Origin: Chloroflexota bacterium
GTDB taxonomy: Bacteria; Chloroflexota; Dehalococcoidia; Bin125
Direction of reading: 5' to 3'
DNA length: 64,000 bases
Assembly (NCBI GenBank): GCA_026707145.1
Contig: JAPOXK010000021.1
Span: forward strand, 169,588 to 233,587
Below the pieces are notes generated by a model. The model ran no database searches. It was not told where the DNA came from and saw nothing but the letters and a program-made list of their open reading frames with translations. The position numbers and the translations under genes were made by a program. This document shows, piece after piece, positions 36,849 to 46,063 of the stretch (positions are counted from its first letter, which is position 1; every line of letters begins with the position of its first letter).

Positions 36849-38285
36849 GTGGGCGTCGTCGCCATCCTCTCCGATGCCGTCATCTGGGCCGCGACCGGCA
36901 CCTTCCTCACGGCCAAGCTGGCCAAGATCGACTTTCTCACGATCGTTACCTTCCGCTCGATCTTCGCCGTCACTTTCATCGTCGCCGCCACGTTCGCGCT
37001 GGGCGCGCAGGACGACCTTTGGCACATGGACCCGAACATCGTCTGGCAGCTGGCGCTGGCGGGTCTGGCCGCCTACGTGATCGCCGAGCCGGCCTATACG
37101 CTGACGCTCGCCTTCTTGGGGCTGACCCGCGGCTACACCGCCGTGATCGGCCTCAACAGCGTTGCCTCCTTCGTCTTGCCCGCGATCTTCCTCGGCGAGG
37201 CGATCGGCTGGCGCGACGCTGTGGGCGGAGTCGTCATCCTCAGCGGCGTCTATCTCGTTGCCTTTTACGGCCGCGCCGCCGTACAGGCCAGGCCGACTCC
37301 GCCACCGCCACGACGTTTGCCTTGGCTCCGCCCCGCTACGGCCCAGTCCCTCGCCGTGCTCCAGTCCCGTCCTTCGCGTCCTTTAGAACCGCCCGCTGCT
37401 GTGCCTCAGCAGGGTTCACTCCCGATTGTGCGCTCGGCCGTCGCCGCGCGAGCAGGACGCGCAGCGGAGTCCGGGATCCCGATTCCTGGGATTGGGAAGA
37501 CGCTGCCGTGGCGCGCTGTCGGGCTTGCTCTCGCCGCCGTCATCCTCAGCGGCATCTATCACCTTGTTGTTTTTCATGGGCGCCCCGCACGGAATGAGCA
37601 GAGCGGGGCATCCTCGCGACGCGGCGTGCGGTTTGCCTTCGCTCTCCTCATCATCGGTGGTCTCTACCGCTTCGTTTTCCATGGGCGCGCTGGCGCGCGG
37701 AGCGTGCAGGCCGCGTCGCCGCCGCGCCGTCTCCAGTGGCCCAACGCCGCGTCCCGGAAACCAGCGTCCCCGGCTACACGCTCGGCCGACGCCGCGCAAG
37801 CAGGGCGCTCGGTGTCGGGGGGCGTCCGGATCCCCGGCATCGGGATCACGCTGCCGCGCCTCGCAGTCGGGCTCACGATCGCTCTCATCACCGCCCTCGG
37901 TTGGGCGGGAGACGCGACGATCCTGCGGGCCGTCGCCCCCGGCATCCACGTCGCTCCTGTTGCACTGGCGCAGCTCTGGCCAGCGATGATCGTCTTTATC
38001 GTCTGGTTCACGATCGCGCGCCGGGGGAGGCCGCTGGTGGGAATCCCGTCCAAGGGCACGGCGTCGCTGATCGGCGGGACGGGGGCGCTCACCACCGGTC
38101 TCGGCACCATGCTGGTCATCATCGCGGTGAAGGACATCGGCGCCGGCCCTACCGCTGTCCTGTTCGCCATGTCCACCATCTTCGCTTTGCCTCTGGGGGT
38201 GATCTTCCTCAAGGAGCGGGTCACTATTTGGGGCGTGCTGGGCGTCTGCGTCGCGGTGGCGGGAGTCGCCATCCTCGCCATCTGA
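36849..38285 (+). CDS. DMT-superfamily (EamA-like) transporter, paralog 2 with internally duplicated linker/TM6 region
   Basis: ~55-60% identical to paralog 1 over both halves. The ~200-aa middle insertion contains repeated units (PPRRLPWLRPATAQS / PPRRLQWPNAASRKP; IPGIGKTLPWRAVGLALAAVIL / IPGIGITLPRLAVGLTIALITAL; GIYHLVVFHGRPAR / GLYRFVFHGRAGAR). Confidence 0.75.
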   Translation: MGVVAILSDAVIWAATGTFLTAKLAKIDFLTIVTFRSIFAVTFIVAATFALGAQDDLWHMDPNIVWQLALAGLAAYVIAEPAYTLTLAFLGLTRGYTAVIGLNSVASFVLPAIFLGEAIGWRDAVGGVVILSGVYLVAFYGRAAVQARPTPPPPRRLPWLRPATAQSLAVLQSRPSRPLEPPAAVPQQGSLPIVRSAVAARAGRAAESGIPIPGIGKTLPWRAVGLALAAVILSGIYHLVVFHGRPARNEQSGASSRRGVRFAFALLIIGGLYRFVFHGRAGARSVQAASPPRRLQWPNAASRKPASPATRSADAAQAGRSVSGGVRIPGIGITLPRLAVGLTIALITALGWAGDATILRAVAPGIHVAPVALAQLWPAMIVFIVWFTIARRGRPLVGIPSKGTASLIGGTGALTTGLGTMLVIIAVKDIGAGPTAVLFAMSTIFALPLGVIFLKERVTIWGVLGVCVAVAGVAILAI

Positions 38286-38328
38286 TCCGCCGCCCGCAGC
38301 CGAGGCATAGCAGACTGCGAGGCTGCCC

Positions 38329-38715
38329 ATGCGCTATCACCAGCCGACGCGCGCCGTCCGCCCTCCCGGCTGCTACGTGTTCGTCTACGACGGCGACTGC
38401 GGCTTCTGCACGCGCACGGCCCGCGCCCTCGCTGCCCGCGCCCGGCGAGAGATCCGGCTCGTCCCCTTTGCCGAGGTGCCGGCGGGCGAGATCCTCGGCG
38501 CGCTCACTCCCGAGCAGATCCGCGCCAGCTCCCACTGCATCACCCCGGACGGTCGCGAGTACCACGGCGGCGAGAGCGTCACCCGCCTCTTGCGGCTTTT
38601 CCCCGGCGGCCGGCTTCTCGCTCCCTTCGACCTGCCCGGACTGTCGCTGCTGCGCGAGCTTGGCTATGCGGTAGTCGCCCGCAATCGCGCCCTCGTCGGC
38701 AAGGTCTACCGCTAG
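38329..38715 (+). CDS. DCC1-like thiol-disulfide oxidoreductase family protein (DUF393)
   Basis: Signature VFVYDGDCGFCTRTARAL near the N-terminus. 128 aa. Confidence 0.7.
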   Translation: MRYHQPTRAVRPPGCYVFVYDGDCGFCTRTARALAARARREIRLVPFAEVPAGEILGALTPEQIRASSHCITPDGREYHGGESVTRLLRLFPGGRLLAPFDLPGLSLLRELGYAVVARNRALVGKVYR

Positions 38716-38796
38716 AGGTCTGCCGCAGCCCGCTCCCCGCGATCCGAGGGGCACGGCGGTGGCGCGTTGTAAGCGATCAAAGATCCAGAAGGGAAA

Positions 38797-39154
38797 TGGT
38801 GGAGACGGGGGAGAATCGAACTCCCCGTCCAGACGACGGGCCGCCGGTATCTGCTACGCGCGTAGTCGGGCTTGGTGTCTCGTCCCGAGGCCCGTCGCCC
38901 GACGGGCTGGCCCCTGGACCAGCCGGAGTGGGTCTTAGCGGCCTCTTCCCGGCGTCAGAGACCGAGCAGCCGGACTGATTGACGCCCCCTCACCGGCCGT
39001 CCGGCCGAGCGCGGCGGGGAACGCTCACCGCCTAGCTAGGCAGCGAGAGCGAGTTCTTTCTCGCCAGTTATTTCAGTTGCCGCAGTTTTACGAGGGCACG
39101 GCACCTCGGCACGCAAAACCGATCAACCGATCGCTGTCGAGTCCTTTCGTCCCC
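38797..39154 (-). ncRNA. ssrA: tmRNA (SsrA), ~358 nt, predicted tag peptide ending …ELALAA
   Basis: On the minus strand the 5' end is GGGGACGAAAGGACUCGACAGCGAUCGG…UGCGUGCCGAGGUGCCGUGCCCUCGUAAAACUGCGGC, which matches the conserved tmRNA 5' region (GGGG…GGAYUCGAC…GCAUGCCGAGG…CCUCGUAAAA). The 3' end CGGGGAGUUCGAUUCUCCCCCGUCUCCACCA is a tRNA-like T-arm plus CCA. An internal ORF GGC GAG AAA GAA CUC GCU CUC GCU GCC UAG encodes GEKELALAA. Immediately downstream of smpB. Confidence 0.88.
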
Positions 39155-39195
39155 TTTCACCGTCCCAGTATAGGGCCGCCTCCCGCCAGCCGCGG

Positions 39196-39726
39196 CTACT
39201 TGCGCACGCTCTGCCGCATCCGCCGCTCCGCCTCCCGCTTGGCGATCGCCTGCCGCTTGTCGTACTGCCGCTTGCCCCGCCCCAGCCCGATCTCCAGCTT
39301 GGCCAGCCCCCGCTTGAGGTAGAGGTGGATCGGAACGACCGTCAGCCCCTTCTGATCCGCCCCTTCCGTGAGCACCCGGATCTCCCGGCGATGCAGCAGC
39401 AGCTTGCGCTCCCGGGTGGGATCGTGGTTACCGTAACTGGCGGCCTCGTAGCGGGCGATCGTCGCCCCTACCAGCCATAGCTCGCGGTCGCGCGGGCGCA
39501 CGTAGGCCTCGGCGATGCTCGCCTTGCCCTCGCGGATCGCCTTGATCTCGGTCCCGGTCAGCGCCAGCCCCGCCTCGAAGCGCTCCAGGATGGCGTAGTT
39601 GAAGGTGGCGCGCTTGTTGCGCGCGATCGTTCGGAAGTTCGCTGCCGCTTTGGCCGCGGCATCCGCCTCCCCGTTCCCGGCGCCGTCCCGCGCCCGCCCC
39701 TTTCGCTTCGACTTGCTCCTCGCCAT
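39196..39726 (-). CDS. smpB: SsrA-binding protein SmpB
   Basis: The conserved core IARNKRATFNYAILERFEAGLALTGTEIKAIREGKASIAEAYV…GNHDPTRERKLLLHRREI matches the SmpB family. A basic N-terminal extension is present. Confidence 0.9.
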   Translation of the reverse strand: MARSKSKRKGRARDGAGNGEADAAAKAAANFRTIARNKRATFNYAILERFEAGLALTGTEIKAIREGKASIAEAYVRPRDRELWLVGATIARYEAASYGNHDPTRERKLLLHRREIRVLTEGADQKGLTVVPIHLYLKRGLAKLEIGLGRGKRQYDKRQAIAKREAERRMRQSVRK

Positions 39727-39872
39727 CAGTGTCAGTCTACGACCGGCGGGGCAGGCTGGACAGAATCGAGGACCGGAATCTCCTGTCGGTCACAGCCAGA
39801 GCGTACGGCCCGTCTCTCGCAGGCGTTGGCGCCGCCGTTGCGCGTCACGGTCCGCCGGGACCACACGCCGGT

Positions 39873-41204
39873 CTAGGGCTCCGTGCGCTCCGCATCCTGG
39901 AGCGCTCCTTGGGGCGCCGTCAGTGACGTCTCGATCGGCAGGCCGCGCAGGTAGTTGATCGCCGCGAAGAGCTGCACGTCGCGCCGCTGCTCGAAGTCGA
40001 TGTCCGAGGGCTCGATGATGAAGTCCGGGATCAAGCCGACCCCCTCGATCAGCTCGCCGTCGGGCGTGAGCCAGCGGGCGGTGCTCACGTAGAGCACGCT
40101 GCCGTCGGAGAGATGGCGGGGGATGCTGACCGTCCCCTTGCCCAGCGTCTGCTCGCCCAGGATGACGGCCCGTCCGTAGTCCCGCAGGGCCGCCGCGAAC
40201 ACCTCCGAGCCGGAGGCGGAGCCGCCGTTCACGAGGACCACGAGGGGGATGTCGAGGGCGGCGCCGCCGGGCTGGTCGCTGAAGGCCTGCTCCTCGCCGT
40301 TGCGGTTAACCTCCGTCAGCACCACGCCACCGTCCAGGAACTCGCCCGCCACCTCCACCGTCGCCGTGAGCAGCCCGCCCGGGTTGCCGCGCAAGTCGAT
40401 GATGAGCCCGTCCACCTGCGCCGCCCGCACGCCCTCCAGCACCGCCACCAGCTCCTCGCGGGTGTTCTCCGTGAACTGCGAGATGGCGATGTAGGCGAGG
40501 TCCTCGACGGCGAGGCCGGCGGCGTCCTCCACCTGAATCGCTTGCACGCTCGGGATCACGATCACGCCGCGCGTGACCGTAATATCCTCCACTTGGCCCG
40601 TGCGGTGGCGCACCGTCAGCACCACGTCCGTGCCGGCGTGGCCGCGGATGCGCGCGACCGCGAACTGCACCGACCAGCCCGCGGTCGGCTCCCCGTCCAC
40701 CGCCAGGATCAGGTCGCCGCTGCGGATGCCGGCCGCCTCGGCCGGCGAGCCGCGGAAGGTCCCCGTGATGAAGATCCCCTCGCTCTGCTGATCAACGGTC
40801 GCGCCGATCCCCTCGAACTGTCCGCTGATGCTCTCGCTGCTGAGGTGGAAGGTCTCGCGGTCGATGTAAACCGAGTGCGGGTCGTTGAGCGCGCCGACGG
40901 CGCCGTTGATCGCCGCCGTCCGCAGCCCTCCCAGCTCGACCCGGTCCGGCTCCACGAACTCGCGGCTGAGGATGTCGTAGACCTCGTCCAGCAACCCGAA
41001 GCGCGAATCACGCTCTTCGTTCGCTTGAAAGTCGATCACCGCCGGGGCGGAGCCGCCGCCTCGCAGGGCGCGCACCGCGCCCGTCGCCGCCGCGTCATCG
41101 TCCAGCAGCCCCTTGACGCCGATCCCCAGCGCGAAGCCGGCGACGGCGAGCAGCGTGATCGGAGCCAGGAGCAACAGCCGCCAGCGGTTGCGCGGATTCG
41201 ACAT
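39873..41204 (-). CDS. ctpA: Carboxyl-terminal processing protease (S41 peptidase), membrane-anchored
   Basis: N-terminal TM, PDZ domain (GIRSGDLILAVDGE), and S41 catalytic region (IIDLRGNPGGLL…GSASGSEVFAAAL…TLGKGTV). Confidence 0.85.
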   Translation of the reverse strand: MSNPRNRWRLLLLAPITLLAVAGFALGIGVKGLLDDDAAATGAVRALRGGGSAPAVIDFQANEERDSRFGLLDEVYDILSREFVEPDRVELGGLRTAAINGAVGALNDPHSVYIDRETFHLSSESISGQFEGIGATVDQQSEGIFITGTFRGSPAEAAGIRSGDLILAVDGEPTAGWSVQFAVARIRGHAGTDVVLTVRHRTGQVEDITVTRGVIVIPSVQAIQVEDAAGLAVEDLAYIAISQFTENTREELVAVLEGVRAAQVDGLIIDLRGNPGGLLTATVEVAGEFLDGGVVLTEVNRNGEEQAFSDQPGGAALDIPLVVLVNGGSASGSEVFAAALRDYGRAVILGEQTLGKGTVSIPRHLSDGSVLYVSTARWLTPDGELIEGVGLIPDFIIEPSDIDFEQRRDVQLFAAINYLRGLPIETSLTAPQGALQDAERTEP

Positions 41205-41351
41205 TCACCCTCCCTCAGAATCCCTGTACGGTTCAGTGTAGGGCGATGGATTCCCGCCAGCGATCGCGAGGGCGGCCGCTGCCGGATTCTGTAGTGGTCG
41301 TCGCCCGTCCGCCTGCCGCGGATCGCAGCCGAATCGAGAGCAGGAGCGCCG

Positions 41352-42284
41352 ATGTCCTCGCTTCCCCCCCGCGCCGCGCTGCTGTGTCCGGGGCAAGGAT
41401 CGCAGAGGCCCGGCGTGGTCGCCTCGCTCGATCGCGATGACCGGGCCGTATTCGATCGCGCCTCCGCCGCCATCGGCGTCGATCTTTGGGAACTCGGCCT
41501 CAGCGCTCCGGCTGTGGAGATCGCCAAGCCCTCCGTGGTGCAGCCGCTGCTTGTCGCCTGGGCCCAGGCCGACCGAGAGCGGGCCGGGCGGGAGGGGCGC
41601 GCCTTGCCCGCCTTGCATCTCTACCTGGGACACTCGTCCGGCCAGAATTCCGCCGCCGTCCTCTGCGGTGCCCTCTCCTTCGAGGACGGCGTCCGCTTCG
41701 CCTACGAGCGCGGTCGTCTCATGGACCGCGACTGCGCGGCCGCGCCCACCACGTTGCTCGCTCTGGCGGGCGTGGGCCGCCGTATCGCCGAGGAGATCGC
41801 CGCCGCCGCCGGATGCACGATCGCCAACTGGAACGCCGCCGATCAGTTCGTCGTGGGCGGGGGCGCGGAGGCCGTCGGGGAGGCGCAGCGGCTGGCCGCG
41901 GCGCGCGGCGTGAAGGCTGTGGCATTGCGTGTGGCCGGCGCCTTCCACACCAACTACTTTCGCGAATCCGACGCCGCCGCAGAGCCGCTAATCGAGGCGC
42001 TTCCTCTGCGCGAATCCTTCAGGCCGATGATCGGCAACGCCTGCGGGCAGCTGATCGAAACCCCGGCCGCCCTCCGCGCCGAGCTGCACGGCCAGTACAG
42101 CCGTCCCGTCCGCTGGGTCGACGCTCTGCAGACCGCCTACGACCAGGGCGTGCGGATCGTTGCCGTCACCGGGCCCGGCAATGCGCTGGCCGGCTTGCTT
42201 CGCCGTTTCGCGCTCACCGTGGAAGAGCCGATCGACATCGTCCGCCTCAACCAACCGGTCGCCGATGCCAGAGCCAGGGCCTAG
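41352..42284 (+). CDS. FabD-like acyltransferase (malonyl-CoA:ACP transacylase family)
   Basis: LCPGQGSQRPG (cf. FPGQGSQ) and GHSSGQNSAAVLCGALSFEDGVRFAYERGRLM (cf. GHSLGEYSAL…RG..M). This is a standalone gene, not in a fab cluster. Confidence 0.65.
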   Translation: MSSLPPRAALLCPGQGSQRPGVVASLDRDDRAVFDRASAAIGVDLWELGLSAPAVEIAKPSVVQPLLVAWAQADRERAGREGRALPALHLYLGHSSGQNSAAVLCGALSFEDGVRFAYERGRLMDRDCAAAPTTLLALAGVGRRIAEEIAAAAGCTIANWNAADQFVVGGGAEAVGEAQRLAAARGVKAVALRVAGAFHTNYFRESDAAAEPLIEALPLRESFRPMIGNACGQLIETPAALRAELHGQYSRPVRWVDALQTAYDQGVRIVAVTGPGNALAGLLRRFALTVEEPIDIVRLNQPVADARARA

Positions 42285-42881
42285 CCGGTGGGGCAGCGCA
42301 GTGCGAGGACATCCTGTAGTGCGAAGTTCAACAGAAGGATCTCTCCTGCGCGCGCGTCGCAGCGCCCGCGCGCGCATCCGTGGCTGCGGGCCATGCCTGG
42401 CGCGCTCCGGTGGACGGCGCCAGCGGCCGGTAGGGCAGGGATCAGATTTATAGTGCGATCTTCGGCGATGCTGCGACAACGCAGTCTGCCATACGGCGGC
42501 GTGCTCGCCGGTGGCTATCGTGAAGCTGCGAGCCGGGCGTGGAGGATGAATGACGAAGCAGGTGGAGCGCGTGAAGCGCGCGGCTGCTCCTCGTGTTCCC
42601 GTACCCGGTGTGCCGTGCTGGTGCACCGCATGGATCTGCGTCGCGGGCTACAGCCGTTTGCGGCCCGTGGCGTCCGCGAAAGCACCCCTCGCTGTGCCGT
42701 ACGGCTTTCCCGGGAGCGTCTCGATCTCACTCCGGTGTCGTACATAACAGGTATAGGGCGATCGTATAAGCGAGGCCGTTGATCCGGGCTCGCGACCGAG
42801 TCCAACGACCGGAGGTGGCTTACGCCTGCTCATCCACGCCAGTCTTGGCAAGCCGATCGCTACACCGAGCATGCCGGCTTC

Positions 42882-43586
42882 GTGTCCGGCTTCGGCCTGG
42901 CCGCGCTTGCCCTTTTAAACCCCCAGCCCGGCGAGCGCATCCTCGACCTGGGCTGCGGCGAAGGCGCGCTGACCGCAAAGCTCGTGGAGGCTGGCTGTAC
43001 GGTCGTCGGCGTGGACGGCGCGGCGGCCATGGTCGAGGCGGCCCGGCACCGGGGATTGGACGTGCGGTTGATGGACGGTCAGCGGCTCCAGTTCTCGGCC
43101 GAGTTCGACGCCGTCTTCTCCAACGCCGCGCTGCACTGGATGCCCGACCCAGACGCGGTCATCGCGGGCGTCCGTCGCGCGCTGAAGCCCAGCGGCCGCT
43201 TCGTGGCCGAGTTCGGCGGTCATGGCAACGTCGCCACGATCGTTGAAGCCCTGCGGGCTGTCTTGGCGCGCCGCGGCGTCGAGGGAGGCGGCTCGATGCC
43301 GTGGTACTTCCCGAAACCCGAAACCTACGCGGCCAAGCTTCGGGCTGGCGGCTTTGCCGTCGAGAACATCGCACTATTCCCGCGCCCCACGCCGCTCCCC
43401 ACGGATATGGCGGGCTGGCTCGACACCTTCGGCGAGAGCTTCTTCTCTCAGCTTCCCCCCCGCGACCGCGACGACGCCCTTGCCGAAGTGATCGAGCGCC
43501 TCCGGCCGAGCCTCTACGATCACGCGGGCCACTGGACCGCCGATTACGTTCGCCTGCGCTTCGCCGCGCACCTTCCCCGCGCGTAG
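42882..43586 (+). CDS. Class I SAM-dependent methyltransferase (Methyltransf_11/Tam-like); true start probably upstream
   Basis: SAM-binding motif ILDLGCGEGALT, DAVFSNAALHW and PSGRFV. In-frame upstream sequence SWQADRYTEHAGFVSGFGLAALALL fits the conserved N-terminus of this family but has no canonical start. GGAGGTG lies at 42811-17. Confidence 0.75.
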   Translation: MSGFGLAALALLNPQPGERILDLGCGEGALTAKLVEAGCTVVGVDGAAAMVEAARHRGLDVRLMDGQRLQFSAEFDAVFSNAALHWMPDPDAVIAGVRRALKPSGRFVAEFGGHGNVATIVEALRAVLARRGVEGGGSMPWYFPKPETYAAKLRAGGFAVENIALFPRPTPLPTDMAGWLDTFGESFFSQLPPRDRDDALAEVIERLRPSLYDHAGHWTADYVRLRFAAHLPRA

Positions 43587-43685
43587 CGGGAACAGAGAGG
43601 CTTGACTGCCCGGATGCCAAGAGCGGCCGGGCTTGTTCAGACCGCCGCCTTATGATCGCACTATCAATCGACTACAGACGAACTC

Positions 43686-43991
43686 TTAGGGACCGTGCTC
43701 GCTTCTCTTGGTGAGCTTCTCGGTGAGATCGAACCGCATGTTGCCGTCGGAGGGCTGCTGTAGGTTGGTCACCTCCCCCTCGGCTGCGAGGTGCGCGATC
43801 ACCGCGTAGATGTCGACCTGCCGCAGCGGCTCCGTACTGTGCTCCAGCAGCTGCGTCATGGAGAGGCCCGCGGGCTCTCCCCGCCGCCGCGCTTCCATGC
43901 GGAGCGCCCGCCGCACCCGCGCGATCTCCGTGGGCGTGGGGCCGCTCGCGGGTCCGCGCGTCGCCCGCCGCAGTCGCTTGAGCAGTCCCAT
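43686..43991 (-). CDS. Hypothetical small basic protein (possible winged-helix)
   Basis: 101 aa beginning MGLLKRLRRATRGP…. A very strong Shine-Dalgarno sequence (GGGAGGGAGGAGGG) lies 7 nt upstream of the ATG on the minus strand. Confidence 0.45.
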   Translation of the reverse strand: MGLLKRLRRATRGPASGPTPTEIARVRRALRMEARRRGEPAGLSMTQLLEHSTEPLRQVDIYAVIAHLAAEGEVTNLQQPSDGNMRFDLTEKLTKRSEHGP

Positions 43992-44163
43992 GGCCGCGCC
44001 CTCCTCCCTCCCAATGTAGCGTCCGGCATCGGGCTCCGTGGTGAGCGGCTCAAGATCTTTCCGCAATGCAGGACCGCTTCCTCGACCGTGACACGCGACC
44101 TGAAAAGCGGGAGCGCGCCTCTCACAGACAAGGATGCCAGCAGGGCTACCAAGCCACCCGCAC

Positions 44164-44781
44164 CTAGCGCCGCCGCTTTGCAGCGGACTCCACCACCTCG
44201 ACTACTCGCGGGTCACCGCCCGCTGGGGGCAGCGCCTTCAGCGCTTGGATACGGTCCTTGACGCTATCGGCGGCATCCCAGGCCCTGATCAGGAGATCGC
44301 CCGCCTTCGCGTAGTCTTCAGCCGTTTCCATCCCCTCGACGGTCCACTTTCCCCGCGCCAGCGTGACCGCCAGCAATCCCGCCTTGGCATCCGAATCGCC
44401 GCCGAACTCCTCTAGCACGCTCTCGAATTCGTGTGCCGCCTCGTGCAGCTCTCCCAGAGCCAGCCGCACATGTCCGTGTACGATCCGGCTATCGACATCG
44501 TACGGGCGCGCACTCGCCGCCCGGTGCGCGGGCGTGCGTGCCTCTTCGGGCTTGCCCGACAGCAGCAGGGCTTCTCCCATGCGCAAATCCAGGTGGGCAC
44601 GGTCGCCGAATCCGGCCCGCTCGGCGGCCGCGAGCATCTTCGCCGCCTGGCTGCCTCCCCGTCGGGCTGCTTCCCGCTCGCCGCGCTCGCTCAGCCGTCT
44701 TGCCGCTTCGAGCAGCCATTCCGCCTGCTGAAACGCGTCGCCGCCCGCCGCCCGCCTGCGCCACCAACTCAACAATCCCAT
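44164..44781 (-). CDS. TPR-repeat protein
   Basis: Repeated ~34-aa helical-hairpin units with Ala/Leu/Gly periodicity (e.g. ARLAEAGRHLEALRRLSE… on the minus strand; MGEALLLSGKPEEA). 205 aa. Confidence 0.5.
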   Translation of the reverse strand: MGLLSWWRRRAAGGDAFQQAEWLLEAARRLSERGEREAARRGGSQAAKMLAAAERAGFGDRAHLDLRMGEALLLSGKPEEARTPAHRAASARPYDVDSRIVHGHVRLALGELHEAAHEFESVLEEFGGDSDAKAGLLAVTLARGKWTVEGMETAEDYAKAGDLLIRAWDAADSVKDRIQALKALPPAGGDPRVVEVVESAAKRRR

Positions 44782-44875
44782 GATACGTTATGTCGCATTA
44801 ATTACTTGCTGGTGATCCGCCTGCGGCGAGATCTACTCCCGTCGCAGTGCTGCACACGGCTGCTACCGTGCAAGC

Positions 44876-46063
44876 ATGTCCCTCCGGCACATCATCCACG
44901 CTGATATGGATGCGTTCTATGCCTCTATTGAACAGCTTGATCATCCCAAACTACGCGGCAAGCCTATCTTAGTGGGCGGCTCGCCCGAGGCGCGCGGCGT
45001 AGTCGCTGCCGCCTCCTATGAGGCTCGCGCCTTCGGCTGTCGTTCTGCGATGCCCATGAAAACGGCGACGCGTCTCTGTCCGCAGGCGCAGCGCATCCCG
45101 CCGCGCTTCAGCCGCTATCGCGAGGTGAGCGATCAGGTCATGGCGATCTTCCGCCGGCTCACTCCTCTCGTCGAACCGCTCTCTCTTGACGAGGCCTTCC
45201 TTGATGTCAGCCAGCGTGTGGAGAGCGGGCGAGCACCGGAGGATCTCGCTCGCTGGATCAAGCGCACCGTCCGATCCGAGACGCGGCTCACCGTCTCCTG
45301 CGGCGTCGCTACCTCGAAATCGCTCGCCAAGATCGCCTCGGGCATGGACAAGCCGGACGGTCTCACGGTCGTATCACCGGGCACAGAGCGTACCGTGCTG
45401 GCGCCGCTTCCCGTACGCGATCTTTGGGGCGTGGGCCGCAAGACCGCCGCGCGGCTGGAGCGGGCGGGCGTCACCACTGTTGGCCAGCTGGCCGAGCGGC
45501 CCCTGCCCTGGCTGATCGACCGCTTCGGCGCCCGCGGCGAGTGGTTTCATCAGCTGGCGATCGGGGCGGACGACTCCGCCGTCAGTCCTACACGAGAGCG
45601 CAAGTCGATCTCTTCCGAGACTACCTTCGCAGAGGACTCGCGCGATCGCGGCCATCTAGAGGAGGTAGTCCGCGAGCAAGCGGCGTCCGTCGCGCGGCAG
45701 CTCAGAAGCGGCACACTGCGCGCTCGCACCGTGCAAGTCAAGCTTCGGCTGGAGGACTTCACCACGTTCACCCGTCGCCACACCCTGTCCCTCCCTACCG
45801 ATGAGGAAGCGGTGATCGCGACGGAAGCCTTGGCTCTCTTGGGGCGGGAACTCACGCCCGGACGCCAGTTCCGTCTGGTGGGAGTTGGAGTTTCCAATCT
45901 CAGTGAGCCCGAGCCTGCAGGCCAGCTTGGCCTTTTCGATCAGGTCGAGGCGACGACGGGTGAAGAGTTTCAGCACGCGGCAGCGCTTGATAGCGCTGTT
46001 GCCCGCATCAAACAGCGCTACGGCGACGCCGCCATTGGCTGGGGCGAGGTGGAGCCATCATGA
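44876..46063 (+). CDS. dinB: DNA polymerase IV (Y-family, DinB)
   Basis: N-terminus IIHADMDAFYASIEQLDHPKLRGKPILVGG, SYEARAFGCRSAMP and SLDEAFLDV. Confidence 0.9.
   Translation: MSLRHIIHADMDAFYASIEQLDHPKLRGKPILVGGSPEARGVVAAASYEARAFGCRSAMPMKTATRLCPQAQRIPPRFSRYREVSDQVMAIFRRLTPLVEPLSLDEAFLDVSQRVESGRAPEDLARWIKRTVRSETRLTVSCGVATSKSLAKIASGMDKPDGLTVVSPGTERTVLAPLPVRDLWGVGRKTAARLERAGVTTVGQLAERPLPWLIDRFGARGEWFHQLAIGADDSAVSPTRERKSISSETTFAEDSRDRGHLEEVVREQAASVARQLRSGTLRARTVQVKLRLEDFTTFTRRHTLSLPTDEEAVIATEALALLGRELTPGRQFRLVGVGVSNLSEPEPAGQLGLFDQVEATTGEEFQHAAALDSAVARIKQRYGDAAIGWGEVEPS

Noticed and set aside
36345-38330. Minus-strand ORFs of 226, 304 and 214 aa
   Set aside because: Antisense to the two DMT transporter genes. 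Arg/Asp/Gly-rich without hydrophobic segments.
38796-39322. Plus-strand ORFs of 60 and 81 aa
   Set aside because: They overlap the tmRNA gene on the opposite strand.
40113-41294. 393-aa plus-strand ORF
   Set aside because: Antisense to the S41 protease gene, which has PDZ and catalytic motifs.
42288-42782. 164-aa Arg-rich ORF in the GC-rich gap
   Set aside because: Low-complexity (R/A/G) composition, no motifs, and codon usage unlike neighbouring genes. It is treated as noncoding; see the finding for this gap.
42285-42880. Possibility that the gap encodes RNase P RNA
   Set aside because: A superficial resemblance (GAUCCGGGCUC…GGCUUACGCC) to the P4/P-region was considered. The universally conserved GGGAAAC / AAGUCCGG / ACAGAACCCGGCUUA blocks are absent on both strands.
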